Positions 48,297-58,367 are shown, counted from the stretch's first letter. The stretch: 64,000 nt of DNA from Candidatus Bathyarchaeia archaeon (GCA_038883775.1 JAVZLM010000002.1:1-64000), one strand, 5' to 3'. Notes: generated by a model from the letters alone, not told the origin. Made by a program: numbers and translations.

Positions 48297-49547
48297 GTGA
48301 AAACAAAAATGGAAAACGGCGACGAAAAAGAAGCAGATTTGAAGCCCCTTTACATACGTTCAGTAGTCAACTCTCTAGGCGCCGGAATGGTAAGCCCATT
48401 TATGGGAGCCTACGCCGTAAAACTTGGCGCTTCATCGGCAGAAATGGGATGGTACCAATCCTCATCAAACATATCCAACAATGTAATGCAGGTTTTCTGG
48501 GGGAGACTAAGCGACAAAGTAAAACGTAGAGTGCCCTTCATAATAGTAGGCACATTGGCAATGGCTTTGCTTTGGATTCCAATGGTTTTCGTGGCAAACG
48601 CAACCCAACTCATCATTTTAATCGCCATCCAAGCAGTTTTGGGTTCTATGGCAACCCCAGCCCTAACAGCCCTTATAGGCGATTTGGTTCCATCATCAAA
48701 GCTTGGAAGAGCAAACGCCAACATAAACCTGTGGGCATCCACTGGAAGCCTCATAGCAACCATGGCCTCTGGAGCGCTCATGATAAGCGTTGGAGGAACA
48801 CCACAAGAAATGATGTTTCTGCCATTGGTAATTGCGACAATTTGTGGCGTAATCTCGTGCTTGGCAATGGTGAATGTAAAAGAGGGGAAAAGCGGCGAAA
48901 AAATAAACTTAACAAGGGAATTTGCTTCAGACTTTATTAGTATGCTAAAATATGCAGGAAGAAGCCACACATTCGTAAAATATTGCACTGTTGTTGGCTT
49001 CTTCGAATTTTCCATGTCCATCTGCTGGCCCCTCATCCCAAGAACACAAGTGGATGTTTTGGGCGCTTCAATGCTGCAAATAGCCTTACTTTCCGTTGTC
49101 CAATCTTTGTTGACCATAATTTTTCAAGGATGGGCTGGAAGGTTCACAGATACCATGGGAAGAAGGCCAGCCTTAATCATTTACCGATTCAGTTTAATAA
49201 CAGTGCCCATAGCCTATGCCTTCGCACCAAACATAAACGCCCTAATAGCCATCGGCGCCTTCTGGGGCTTAGTCACAGCCCTTGGACAAGCAGGGATAAC
49301 CGCCTACCTCTTAGACATATCGCCTCCAGAATATCGCGGAAGCTTCACAGCTGTCTTCAATCTAGTTTTAGGCATAACTTCTTTCTTCGGTTCACTCATT
49401 GGAGGCTACTTATCCGCTTACACAATAGACGCTTTTGGCTTAGTTGTTGGATTGCAAATTGTTTACATGGTTTCTATGGTTGGCAGGGCAATCGGCGCAA
49501 TATTACACTTGACACTAAAAGAAACTTTAAGGGAAAATAAATTATAG
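48297..49547 (+). CDS. MFS transporter
   Basis: GRLSDKVKRR and GRFTDTMGRR motif A; 12 TM. Confidence 0.93.
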   Translation: MKTKMENGDEKEADLKPLYIRSVVNSLGAGMVSPFMGAYAVKLGASSAEMGWYQSSSNISNNVMQVFWGRLSDKVKRRVPFIIVGTLAMALLWIPMVFVANATQLIILIAIQAVLGSMATPALTALIGDLVPSSKLGRANANINLWASTGSLIATMASGALMISVGGTPQEMMFLPLVIATICGVISCLAMVNVKEGKSGEKINLTREFASDFISMLKYAGRSHTFVKYCTVVGFFEFSMSICWPLIPRTQVDVLGASMLQIALLSVVQSLLTIIFQGWAGRFTDTMGRRPALIIYRFSLITVPIAYAFAPNINALIAIGAFWGLVTALGQAGITAYLLDISPPEYRGSFTAVFNLVLGITSFFGSLIGGYLSAYTIDAFGLVVGLQIVYMVSMVGRAIGAILHLTLKETLRENKL

Positions 49548-50639
49548 GCGGAAGAAGTAAGACCGCACATATTTGCCTTTTATTGGTATGGGTATGCCGC
49601 ATTTCGGGCACCGCTTGCCTTTAGTAAGCGAATAAGCTATCACTTGTGGTCCAAGTCTTTTAATCAACTTTTCTCCACAGTTTGGGCAGTAAGTGTTTTC
49701 ATATTTGTGTCCGTTAACATTTCCGATGTATGGGTAGAGAACTCCAGCCTTCTTTGCCATTTCATACGCCCGTTCCAAAGTTTCAATTTTTGTTGGCGGA
49801 TTATTGAACTTGTAGGCTGGAAAGTAACGTGTAAAATGCAGTGGCGTTTCTGGTCCCACATTTTCCAAATGCTTTTCAATAACCCACCTTAAAGTTTCAT
49901 CATCATCATTAACGTCTCTAACAACTAAATTCACAATTTCCACATGTAAACCCAAATTTTTGGCTTCCCGCGCATTTCTCCAAACCTTCTCCGCATAGGC
50001 ACTTCCACAATATTGCATATAAGTTTCAGTTTTGCCCTTCACATCAATTTTTAATCCATCCATACCGGCTTCAAAAAGCGCTTTAAGCACTTCCAGAGTC
50101 ATGTAGCCGTTTGAAACGTAACAGCAATATTTTATTCCCTTTTCTTTGCCAAATTTGAAAAGTGAAAGCGCCCATTCAGAAAGAAGAGTTGGTTCTTGAA
50201 AGCTTGCGCATAAGCCCGCATCACCATTGTAAATGGCTGATTTAACAATTTCTTCAGGCGGATAATAAGCGGCTTTTGCTGGGTTTGGCTCCGTTTTGGA
50301 CAAGTGAAAGTTTTGACACCAGACGCAGTCTAGGTTGCAGGACCATGTGGAAAATGTGAGGGCTGTGGAGCCAGGCCAATAATGGAAGAAAGGTTTTATT
50401 TCGATTGGGCGGCTTTCTATTGCGCTTATGCTTCCATAAACAAGCGTGTGTAATTCGCCATTTACATTAACTCTTGTTTTGCAAAAGCCTTTAGCGCCTG
50501 GCGGAATTTCGCATCTTCTTTCGCAGAGACTGCATTTAACCTTCTCACCAGATAATTTTTCATAGAAAATTGCCTTTCGAACGGTTGGATAGCGTGTTAA
50601 ATCAGACATTAACACCAAAAATAATGCCGTACACTCCAA
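49542..50639 (-). CDS. AmmeMemoRadiSam-type radical SAM enzyme (PflA-like)
   Basis: CSLCERRC, PIEIKPFFH, CNLDCVWCQN, HFTRYFP, YIGNV, CPxC. Confidence 0.9.
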   Translation of the reverse strand: MECTALFLVLMSDLTRYPTVRKAIFYEKLSGEKVKCSLCERRCEIPPGAKGFCKTRVNVNGELHTLVYGSISAIESRPIEIKPFFHYWPGSTALTFSTWSCNLDCVWCQNFHLSKTEPNPAKAAYYPPEEIVKSAIYNGDAGLCASFQEPTLLSEWALSLFKFGKEKGIKYCCYVSNGYMTLEVLKALFEAGMDGLKIDVKGKTETYMQYCGSAYAEKVWRNAREAKNLGLHVEIVNLVVRDVNDDDETLRWVIEKHLENVGPETPLHFTRYFPAYKFNNPPTKIETLERAYEMAKKAGVLYPYIGNVNGHKYENTYCPNCGEKLIKRLGPQVIAYSLTKGKRCPKCGIPIPIKGKYVRSYFFRL

Positions 50640-50641
50640 AA

Positions 50642-51640
50642 TTAACCTTTAAGGCTTCTGAAGTGCTCCCAACCCCGAGGCTCAATAACACTCCTTTTAC
50701 CTTCAAATTCTAAAAGAATCTGCTCTTCAGCCGTAACTTTTCCTATGCGCAAAAGTTTTCCGCCCACCTCTCGGATGGCTTTTTCAGCCTTTTTCCAAAG
50801 TTTAGGCTTTAAAGTTAAAACAAGTTCATATTCCTCCCCACCATAAAGTGTCAACTCTAATGGGTCGAGGTTATGAATTTGAGCAAATTTTTCAGCCTCT
50901 TTGGCTATTGGCAATTTATCAATTAAGAAGCCAACTCCGCTTGCCTTTGCAATTTCATGCAGACTCCATGCCAAGCCATCGCTTGAGTCTATGGACGCCG
51001 TAACCGCTTTTGTCTGGCTTAGGGCTAAACCCTCTCTCAAACGTGCCCTTGGCATCAAAACCGACTCCATAAGCTCACGGCGAATTTTTGCTGACGCCTC
51101 AAAACTTTCAACAAGAATTTTTAACCCAGCGGCTGTCTTACCAAAAAACCCTGTAACCGCAACAATGTCTCCAGGTTTTGCTCCGTTCCGCAGCATGACT
51201 TCCGCCTTTTTGGCTGTTCCAAAGAGAGATATGCTTATCACAAGGTCTGAGGCTTCGTTTGTGTCTCCCCCAACAACATAAGCGCCATACTCACGGGCTC
51301 CAGCATTCAACCCGTTTCCAATGTCTTCTATGGCTTTTTTTGTTATTTTTCTTGGCAGTCCAAGGGATACCAACAGCGCTAATGGTTTGACGCCTTTTGC
51401 TGCAAAATCGCTGATATTCATGACAACAGCCTTGCGGGCTGCGTGCCACAAACTCATGCCGGATGGAACATCAGTTTTATCCACAAGCATGTCTGTTTTC
51501 AAAACTGCAAGTTTGCCATTTCCAATGTCATAGGCGGAAACGTCATCACCGAAGGGTATGGGCATTTTTGGCAAAGGTTCAAGACTGTTTTGTATAATTT
51601 CAATTATTCTTCTTTCACCTAATCTTTCATGCTTCTTCAT
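50642..51640 (-). CDS. thiL: Thiamine-monophosphate kinase
   Basis: GDD, TDML, NISDFAA, GGDT, DSSDGL, GGEEYEL, GWEHF. Confidence 0.95.
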   Translation of the reverse strand: MKKHERLGERRIIEIIQNSLEPLPKMPIPFGDDVSAYDIGNGKLAVLKTDMLVDKTDVPSGMSLWHAARKAVVMNISDFAAKGVKPLALLVSLGLPRKITKKAIEDIGNGLNAGAREYGAYVVGGDTNEASDLVISISLFGTAKKAEVMLRNGAKPGDIVAVTGFFGKTAAGLKILVESFEASAKIRRELMESVLMPRARLREGLALSQTKAVTASIDSSDGLAWSLHEIAKASGVGFLIDKLPIAKEAEKFAQIHNLDPLELTLYGGEEYELVLTLKPKLWKKAEKAIREVGGKLLRIGKVTAEEQILLEFEGKRSVIEPRGWEHFRSLKG

Positions 51641-51739
51641 TAAATCGCTCCAAATATTATTTTACTCTCAACCCTTGATATAAATTAAATAATGTTTAAA
51701 TTCTACATTGATTGCTGATAAAGAGTTCGTGGTGAAATC

Positions 51740-52685
51740 TTGTTTAAAATTAGGACTTTCAAGAAAGATTTCGACGAAGAGCTTTTTGTTAATATTTTCA
51801 ACGCATGTTTTGGGGATTATGATGACATTAGAGCTATGACAATTAAAGAAATGAGGAAAATGGAAGAAGCGCCTACATTCAGCGGTGAAGGAATATTCAT
51901 AGCCGAATGGGATGGCGAAACAGCTGGAATGATAAGCGCTACCGTGGACAAGTTAAGAGAGGAGAGAAAAAGGTTTCATTCAAGGACTTGGAGTTCTTCC
52001 AAGGTTTAGAGGGAAGGGAATAGCCAAAAAACTTATGGAAAAAGCGTTAGAAAGTCTAAAAAGTAGAGGAATGGAGATCGCCGAGACTTGGGCGCAAACG
52101 GATAGAGAAGCATGCGTGCATATTTTTGAAAGTTTTGGGTTTAAGAATGTTCGAACCACAAGTTTGATGAAAAGAAGTTTAGCGAATATTCCGTTTAACA
52201 TTGGAGAAAACATGACAGTCACAATTAAGGATGCGAAAACAAACGATGAGGAAGATATCAAATTGATAAATAGACTCGAAAACGAAACTTTTAAGGAGCA
52301 TTTCAATTTTAGATCAAGAACCATTGAAGAAACCAAATATGCCCTCTTGGAGAGCCCATGGTTCCAAAAGCAAAAATGGTTCTTTGCAGTTTTAGGCGAT
52401 CAACTGGTGGGGTATGCTGGTGTTGGAGTTGATGAAAGATTAAATAAGGAAAAGAATTTGAAGTGGGGATGGATTTTAGACATAGGCGTTCTCAAACCTT
52501 TTAGACGAAAAGGAATAGGAAAAAGATTGATGCTTCATGGCATGCGGCTGCTAAAATCCTTTTGGATGGAAGATGTGCTCCTTTATGTGGATGATTTAAA
52601 TCCAACAAATGCCATAAAACTTTACGAAAGTTTGGGATTTAAAATACTGCGAAAAAATATCGTATATCAACTATCACTTGTTTAA
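51740..52685 (+). pseudogene. Tandem GNAT acetyltransferase split by a +1 frameshift at A5 (51967-51971)
   Basis: Removing one A gives REERKGFIQGLGVLPRFRGKGIAKKLMEKA, an intact motif A joining ORFs 51740-52009 and 52035-52685. Confidence 0.85.
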
Positions 52686-52745
52686 TAATCTCCCACCATT
52701 GTAACCCAAGCAAATCATAATTTTATTTTGGATATCTAAAAACTG

Positions 52746-53531
52746 TTAATCCTTGAGAAAACCTTGCTTTCTAACAAATTCCATCAATTTTTTATTTGCT
52801 TTTTTAATAAATTCTTCCGTATAGTGACTTGAATATGATTTTCCATAACTTCTTTCTGAAACGATTTTTTCAAACCCTTCATCTGTTAACTTTTTTCCGC
52901 TACGTTTTAAGTCATTAAGCATGAGCTTTCTCCAGTAGACTGAAACATCCTCTGTTTCTATGTCCTTATAAGCGTCTTCGCAAACTATTACGTTGTAATC
53001 CCATTTTTCTCTTATTCCCAACTTCTTTCGCGGATACCCAACGCATAGAATGCTAAGCGCTAAGCAATGTTCTGGCAACTTCAGAATTTCCTTTGCTTCT
53101 TGTGGATGTTCAATTATTGATCCAATTATTACACTCCCCAATCCCAGAGCATCCGCGGCTATAACCATGTTTTCAAGTGATAGGGCTGCGTCTAAAACGC
53201 CGAAAGTGTATGGAAGAATGCCTGTGAAATCGTAATCCACTCCGGTTAGTTTTGCGGCTTTTAAATGGCGGTGAAGGTCGAGGCATATTACAATCCAAAC
53301 TGGAGCATCCTTCATAAACGCTTGATTTTCGCAAAGTTCATATAATCGCTCTTTAATTGTTTCATTTTTTATGACTATGAACGTTCTGGGTTGAATATTT
53401 CCAGCGGATGGGGCTCTAATCCCGGCAAGCAAAATTTTTTCGAGAATTTTTTTCGGCACTTTTCTTTTTTTATCGAAATGTCTAATAGAAGTTCTTGTCA
53501 AAATGATATTTAACAACCTGGAACCTTCCAC
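52746..53531 (-). CDS. Nitroreductase family protein (GTG start at 53531 preferred to 53591)
   Basis: RTSIRHF, APSAGNIQP, LGLGSV.IG, VGYP; AGGTGA RBS; the longer start would overlap the tRNA-Thr promoter. Confidence 0.9.
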   Translation of the reverse strand: MEGSRLLNIILTRTSIRHFDKKRKVPKKILEKILLAGIRAPSAGNIQPRTFIVIKNETIKERLYELCENQAFMKDAPVWIVICLDLHRHLKAAKLTGVDYDFTGILPYTFGVLDAALSLENMVIAADALGLGSVIIGSIIEHPQEAKEILKLPEHCLALSILCVGYPRKKLGIREKWDYNVIVCEDAYKDIETEDVSVYWRKLMLNDLKRSGKKLTDEGFEKIVSERSYGKSYSSHYTEEFIKKANKKLMEFVRKQGFLKD

Positions 53532-53603
53532 AGCATCTTTCACCTTGAAGAGACTAATTCCGAACATCTTAAAAATAACAGTTTCCATCATTAAATGGCG
53601 GGT

Positions 53604-53676
53604 GCCTCGGTAGCTCAGCTGGTAGAGCGACAGCCTCGTAAGCTGTAGGTCCCGGGATCAAAGCCCGGCCGAGGCT
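53604..53676 (+). tRNA. tRNA-Thr(CGT) with atypical T-loop ATCAAAG
   Basis: GCCTCGG/CCGAGGC-T; ACAGC-CTCGTAA-GCTGT; T-stem CCGGG/CCCGG. Confidence 0.93.
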
Positions 53677-53727
53677 TTTGTTGCGTATTTTTGTTGTACG
53701 TGTGGACAGAAATGTTTATTAAATATT
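53676..53727 (+). promoter_or_regulatory. Conserved promoter block, copy 2
   Basis: 42/52 ungapped identity with 14016-14067; TATA TTTATTAAATA. Confidence 0.75.
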
Positions 53728-53761
53728 AATATTAACGATTCAGACTGGAGGAAACTAAAAC

Positions 53762-54094
53762 ATGCCGCCTTTCCACATTCACGAAGAAAAACTTAAATGT
53801 CCATATAAAGGATGTGGAAAAACCTTTGACAAACCAACAATCCTAACAGATACCTCCACAATACCAAGAGAAACCTATTACGCTTGCCCCTACTGCATGT
53901 CAAAAATAGACATAACAGTGGAAAATATGAAAATAGTAAGCGTCAAACCAGCAGAATACCCAAAAGTTTTTGAAACACCAGCAAAATGCGCCCACTACTT
54001 TGGATTCCTAAACACTGTTCCAAAAGACATGCCAATCCCAGACGAATGCCTAATCTGCCCAAAAGTATTGCAATGCAGCATCAAAAAACACTAA
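53762..54094 (+). CDS. Double zinc-finger hypothetical protein (paralog B)
   Basis: CPYxGC..F.KP...YYACPYC, then CAHYFGFL...IPDECLIC...C; GGAGG RBS. Confidence 0.82.
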   Translation: MPPFHIHEEKLKCPYKGCGKTFDKPTILTDTSTIPRETYYACPYCMSKIDITVENMKIVSVKPAEYPKVFETPAKCAHYFGFLNTVPKDMPIPDECLICPKVLQCSIKKH

Positions 54095-54172
54095 ACAAAT
54101 CTTTATTTTAAAGAGAATAATCTTAAATTCAGCCTTCAAAATTCTATTCTAATACAAGCCAAAAACAGAAGA

Positions 54173-54247
54173 GGGGCTGTCGGCTAGCTTGGTCTAGGCT
54201 TGGAGACTTGGGCTCTCTAGACCCCGGTTCAAATCCGGGCAGCCCCA
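54173..54247 (+). tRNA. tRNA-Pro(TGG)
   Basis: GGGGCTG/CAGCCCC-A; GGAGA-CTTGGGC-TCTCT; TTCAAAT. Confidence 0.95.
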
Positions 54248-54318
54248 TTCACGCTTTGTTAAGTATTTATTGCAGTTTTGTTATGCATTATATACAAGCA
54301 ATATAGGAGTCATAACAT

Positions 54319-55488
54319 ATGGAAAAAATTCCCGGATTGATTGTTGATAAAAAGTTTATTGCATTAATGTTTCTCGTCTGCCTAGTTTTGGGTGGAAGTT
54401 TCGCCTATATCTATTTGGATTTGAAGGCTGATTTTAAGGCTTTAAACGAAAAGTATGAAATTTTGGATAGTAAGTATGAAACTCTTTTAGACCAAATGCA
54501 GCAGCTTCAAGAACTTATTGAATACCAATATTATGGGCAAGTAATTAACTTAACAGCTGTTGATATTTACAATAGAACAAAATATTCTGTAGTGCTGGTT
54601 TCATGCACACTTCCAGACGGTTCTAAAGTTCAAGGTTCAGGTTTTGTCTATCGTGTTGGAGGATATATCATTACAAACAGCCATGTTGTCGGCGAAGTGA
54701 CCCAACAAGGCTTTGTAGAAGCTGTAAGCGTTAATGTTACGTTTTTTAATGGAACAACCCTTCAAGCAGAGGTTTGGGCATATGATGTTTACAGCGACTT
54801 GGCGGTGATAAAAATAAATGAAGTGGATAAAATACCTGAACTATCCCTTCCATTAATTGTTGGGAACTCAACCTTGCTAATGGTTGGAGAGCCAGTTTAT
54901 GCTATTGGGAATCCCTTCGGTTGGAGGGGTTCTATGACTGCCGGAATAGTCAGCCAATTGGGCAGAGTTATACGTCTAAGCGATTTGGGTGTTCCAGCGC
55001 CTTGGGGAAACTATTCTGTAGTTGACCTTATACAGTTTGATGCTGCTGTTAATCCTGGCAATTCCGGCGGTCCATTATTAAATGGCATGGGCGAAGTTGT
55101 TGGCGTAACCTTCGCAATAGAAACCGTAGAAGAAATTCCAGCTTTCATTGGAATTGGTTTTGCCATACCATCAGTTATCCTTAACAGGGTTGTTCCAGCC
55201 TTAATTGAAAACAAAACATACGCGCATCCTTACATGGGCATAGTGTGCGATATCCGATACTTGGGTGGAGCGTACTTATATGATATTGACCCACAGGGAC
55301 CAGCTTATGGTAAACTGATGAAGGGAGACATAATAATAGAAGTTGATAATCGCACAGTTACCTCCTTTGAAGACTTGATTATATATTTGGAGAGATACAA
55401 ATCCCCAAGAGACATCATACATTTAAAGGTTAGACGCAACGACACAATTTTGGAAGTGGAGTTAGAATTAGGCGAAAGAGAAGTTTAA
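54319..55488 (+). CDS. HtrA/DegP-like serine protease with N-terminal TM, coiled coil and PDZ
   Basis: GSGF, TNSHVV, DLAVI, GNPFG, NPGNSGGPL, GFAIP, PDZ domain. Confidence 0.95.
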   Translation: MEKIPGLIVDKKFIALMFLVCLVLGGSFAYIYLDLKADFKALNEKYEILDSKYETLLDQMQQLQELIEYQYYGQVINLTAVDIYNRTKYSVVLVSCTLPDGSKVQGSGFVYRVGGYIITNSHVVGEVTQQGFVEAVSVNVTFFNGTTLQAEVWAYDVYSDLAVIKINEVDKIPELSLPLIVGNSTLLMVGEPVYAIGNPFGWRGSMTAGIVSQLGRVIRLSDLGVPAPWGNYSVVDLIQFDAAVNPGNSGGPLLNGMGEVVGVTFAIETVEEIPAFIGIGFAIPSVILNRVVPALIENKTYAHPYMGIVCDIRYLGGAYLYDIDPQGPAYGKLMKGDIIIEVDNRTVTSFEDLIIYLERYKSPRDIIHLKVRRNDTILEVELELGEREV

Positions 55489-56679
55489 CTAAACTTCTTG
55501 CATTGCGAAGGCAACAGATGCCAAAACTAAGGCTATCGCTATAGCGATCATAAAGGGATAATAAGCTGAAATGCCATAGAGAATGCCTCCTATATACGGA
55601 GCAATGAAAGAGGCAAACATGGTCACGGTCTGTGGCACAGAAACCCACCGTGCCCTAATGGATTCTGGCGCAAGTGGTCCAACAACAGCGCCTAAAAGGG
55701 ACCATGTTAGGTAGGAGCCGCCAGTTAGAAAGAATGTTACGGTTAAGATTTCAAAATTTCCAAACAATAGAAGAAGCGCGAGGGAAAGACTACACAAGAG
55801 CATAGAAGCCACTAACGCATAGGCTTTTCTCCATTTGTCTCCAATTTTTCCTATGATAATTCCTAAAACTGCGGAGCCGAAAAAGGATACTGAACCTAAA
55901 ACGCCAATTTCAAAGTCGCCATAACCATACACATCCGCAAGAAATTTTGGAACGAAGGGTCTAAACATCATTATTATGAACATCATCGAAGCAAAGAAAA
56001 CCGAAAGCTTCAGCAGCTTTCTGGTCTTTAACAACTGAAAAAATGAAGCGCCTTCTTCTGGAGAGCGAACAGCGTAGCCTTTTGCCTTTTGACTTTTAAT
56101 GAATGCAAGAATAATCGTGGCAATAGTGTAAAAGGTTGAGGCTAAATAGAAAACAGTGCGCATTCCAACAATCCTGGCTAAATAGCCGCCAAAGGCTGGA
56201 GAGAAAATGTATCCAAAAGACCATGATGAAGAAATCATGGCAAAAGTTAACGTCAACCTCTTCTCATCAGCAGCGCTTACAATGTAGGCTGTGCCCGTTG
56301 GACCGCCAAGCCAAACACCCCACAAAACCATTCCTGGCAACATTTCAATCCAGTTTCTGGCAAAAGAGAAAATTAGGGGAGCTGGCAGCCAAGCAAGCCA
56401 TCCAGCAAGCATAATCTTTTTGCGGTCATATTTGTCTGCAAGGGTTCCAGCAAAAAACAGTGTCGAGGCTGCTACCAAAGTCATTATTGCGTAGAGGATG
56501 CCAACTTCAACAGAACCCGCATTAAGCGTATTAGTCATATAATATGGTAGGAGATAAGCATAAAGTCCATCCCCAAAAGAGCCCACTAGATTGCATGCAT
56601 AAATTAGTTTCAAATCCCTACTTAACACATGAAAAGGAAAACTTGACTTTAAGGCGTTCTGCAGTCTGTTAAAGCTCAA
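55489..56679 (-). CDS. MFS transporter
   Basis: GTLADKYDRK and GKIGDKWRK; 12 TM. Confidence 0.92.
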   Translation of the reverse strand: MSFNRLQNALKSSFPFHVLSRDLKLIYACNLVGSFGDGLYAYLLPYYMTNTLNAGSVEVGILYAIMTLVAASTLFFAGTLADKYDRKKIMLAGWLAWLPAPLIFSFARNWIEMLPGMVLWGVWLGGPTGTAYIVSAADEKRLTLTFAMISSSWSFGYIFSPAFGGYLARIVGMRTVFYLASTFYTIATIILAFIKSQKAKGYAVRSPEEGASFFQLLKTRKLLKLSVFFASMMFIIMMFRPFVPKFLADVYGYGDFEIGVLGSVSFFGSAVLGIIIGKIGDKWRKAYALVASMLLCSLSLALLLLFGNFEILTVTFFLTGGSYLTWSLLGAVVGPLAPESIRARWVSVPQTVTMFASFIAPYIGGILYGISAYYPFMIAIAIALVLASVAFAMQEV

Positions 56680-56773
56680 ATTTGAACCTCATGCACTTAA
56701 GCAATTGAATAAGGATTTTGTTTTATGTCTTACTGTGGCATCTAAGAAAACAGAATTTGAATTTTAGTAAATT

Positions 56774-57799
56774 TTATTTTCTTCTGTCAATTATATCTAA
56801 CGCTTCAGGTCCCGTTCCAATAAGCACAATAGGTATGCCCGTTTGCCTTTCAATTTCCTTCACAAATTCCTTCGCCTCTTCTGGGAGCTCTTCATAGGTT
56901 TTTGCGCCTTTACATTTTGGATATACAGCATCAAGTTTCGTTAAAGCCGCTTGTGTAGCCCCATTAATTTTTACAGCTTTCTTTGCCAACTCAAAATTGA
57001 ATGGAGCTGAACGTCTGTCACGGCCTGTTCCAGCAGCTGTTTCAAACCATCCACGTTTCATGGCTTCTTCCTTTGTTAATTCTCCAGGTAATGGTCCCGC
57101 GCCAACCCTGGTCATGAAAGATTTGAAAACTATTAGGACGTCGTCTACTTTTGTTGGTCCTACGCCCGCTTCTGAGCATATGGCTGAGGCGCTTGTGTCC
57201 CTTCCCGTCACGTAGGGGTAGGTTCCATGATAAAGCGATAAGAGCAAGCCTTGTGTTCCTTCCAATAGGACTTTTTTGCCCAAGTCTATGGCGTTGTTAA
57301 CTTCTTCCGCCACATCAGTTAAGTATGACTTTAGTTCTGGAATGTCTTTTGCAATTTTTGCTGTTCTGCGAACACGTTCTTCTATGGCTGGTCCGACACC
57401 CCACCCCGTTGTTCCCAAACCTTTCAAGTGGGCGCTGGTCTTGTCTTGGGTTGAGTGTTTCTCTTCAATTATGGACGCTTGTTGGTCTATGCCTATGCGA
57501 TTTCTAACATTTGTTTCTTCAATTTCTTTAAGAAGTTGTGCGACATGAATGTTTGAGCCTGCGCCTATAAGCAAGCGACATCTCTCATAGATAAAGGCTG
57601 CTGGAACCATGTGTAAAGCATAACGTTTTCCCTCAATCCAAACAGTGTGGGCAGCGTTAACAGAACCAGTCCTTACACAAACATCCAATTTGTCTTTTAA
57701 GGCTAGATAGGAAATTATTTTTCCCTTGCCTTCATCTCCCCAAAAGGCTCCAGCTATGACTGTGCAAGGCATATTATCACCAATGACAAAAATTATCAT
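56774..57799 (-). CDS. purA: Adenylosuccinate synthetase, short archaeal form (start likely MPCTV)
   Basis: WGDEGKGK, EGTQG, GTYPYVT, TRVGAGP, TKLD. Confidence 0.97.
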   Translation of the reverse strand: MIIFVIGDNMPCTVIAGAFWGDEGKGKIISYLALKDKLDVCVRTGSVNAAHTVWIEGKRYALHMVPAAFIYERCRLLIGAGSNIHVAQLLKEIEETNVRNRIGIDQQASIIEEKHSTQDKTSAHLKGLGTTGWGVGPAIEERVRRTAKIAKDIPELKSYLTDVAEEVNNAIDLGKKVLLEGTQGLLLSLYHGTYPYVTGRDTSASAICSEAGVGPTKVDDVLIVFKSFMTRVGAGPLPGELTKEEAMKRGWFETAAGTGRDRRSAPFNFELAKKAVKINGATQAALTKLDAVYPKCKGAKTYEELPEEAKEFVKEIERQTGIPIVLIGTGPEALDIIDRRK

Positions 57800-57838
57800 T
57801 CCTTATTTAAGAATTTTTGACAGTATTATGTAAAATCT

Positions 57839-58084
57839 TTAGTTTCTGTTTTCAGCCAAAATGAGGTTTAAGTTTAGGATTTCCGCCCATGCAATGTTCT
57901 TTAAGGGTATCCTGAACTCTTTTCGCTTCTTATATGGAACGCATTTAACGAAGATTTCTCTTCCAAACTCATCCTTCGAAATCTCTGAAAAGCAAACATT
58001 AACTATGACTGAACCATCTTTTAAATGTAGGTTAACATTTTTTCCGATGAAGGATTTAGCCGTGTTTAAGCCAAACCGTTCCAT
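57839..58084 (-). CDS. Small Sm/SH3-like beta-barrel protein
   Basis: IGKNVNLHLKDGSVI...IPLKNIAWAE resembles the Sm1/Sm2 pattern. Confidence 0.65.
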   Translation of the reverse strand: MERFGLNTAKSFIGKNVNLHLKDGSVIVNVCFSEISKDEFGREIFVKCVPYKKRKEFRIPLKNIAWAEILNLNLILAENRN

Positions 58085-58087
58085 CCT

Positions 58088-58225
58088 TCACCACTCCAAA
58101 TTTTTATCGGCTATTCTGCTCCAGCATCGCCTACAAATTGGCAGTTTTTCCCCTCTAAAGAGAATGTAAACTTCAATATCGTTATTTTTGCATTCCTTGT
58201 TCCATGGATTTTTGCAATGTTCCAT
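58088..58225 (-). CDS. 45-aa Cys4 zinc-finger microprotein (MEHCKNPWNKEC...LPICRRCW...LEW), absent from the ORF track
   Basis: Open frame; GGAGG RBS; stop 3 nt before the ATG of the Sm-like gene. Confidence 0.75.
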   Translation of the reverse strand: MEHCKNPWNKECKNNDIEVYILFRGEKLPICRRCWSRIADKNLEW

Positions 58226-58367
58226 CAAAGCGAACCTCCACTCACAAATCAATCAAGATGCTCAACCTCTTTCCCTTTTAAAACTCTCTGTGAAACAACT
58301 TTTGCATACTCTGGAGAGAGATAAGTTAAAGTGAAGCTAAATGCAACCCCTTTTTCGGGAGAGTTGA

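Noticed and set aside
48410-49540. 235-aa and 185-aa alternative ORFs
   Set aside because: Shadows of the MFS gene
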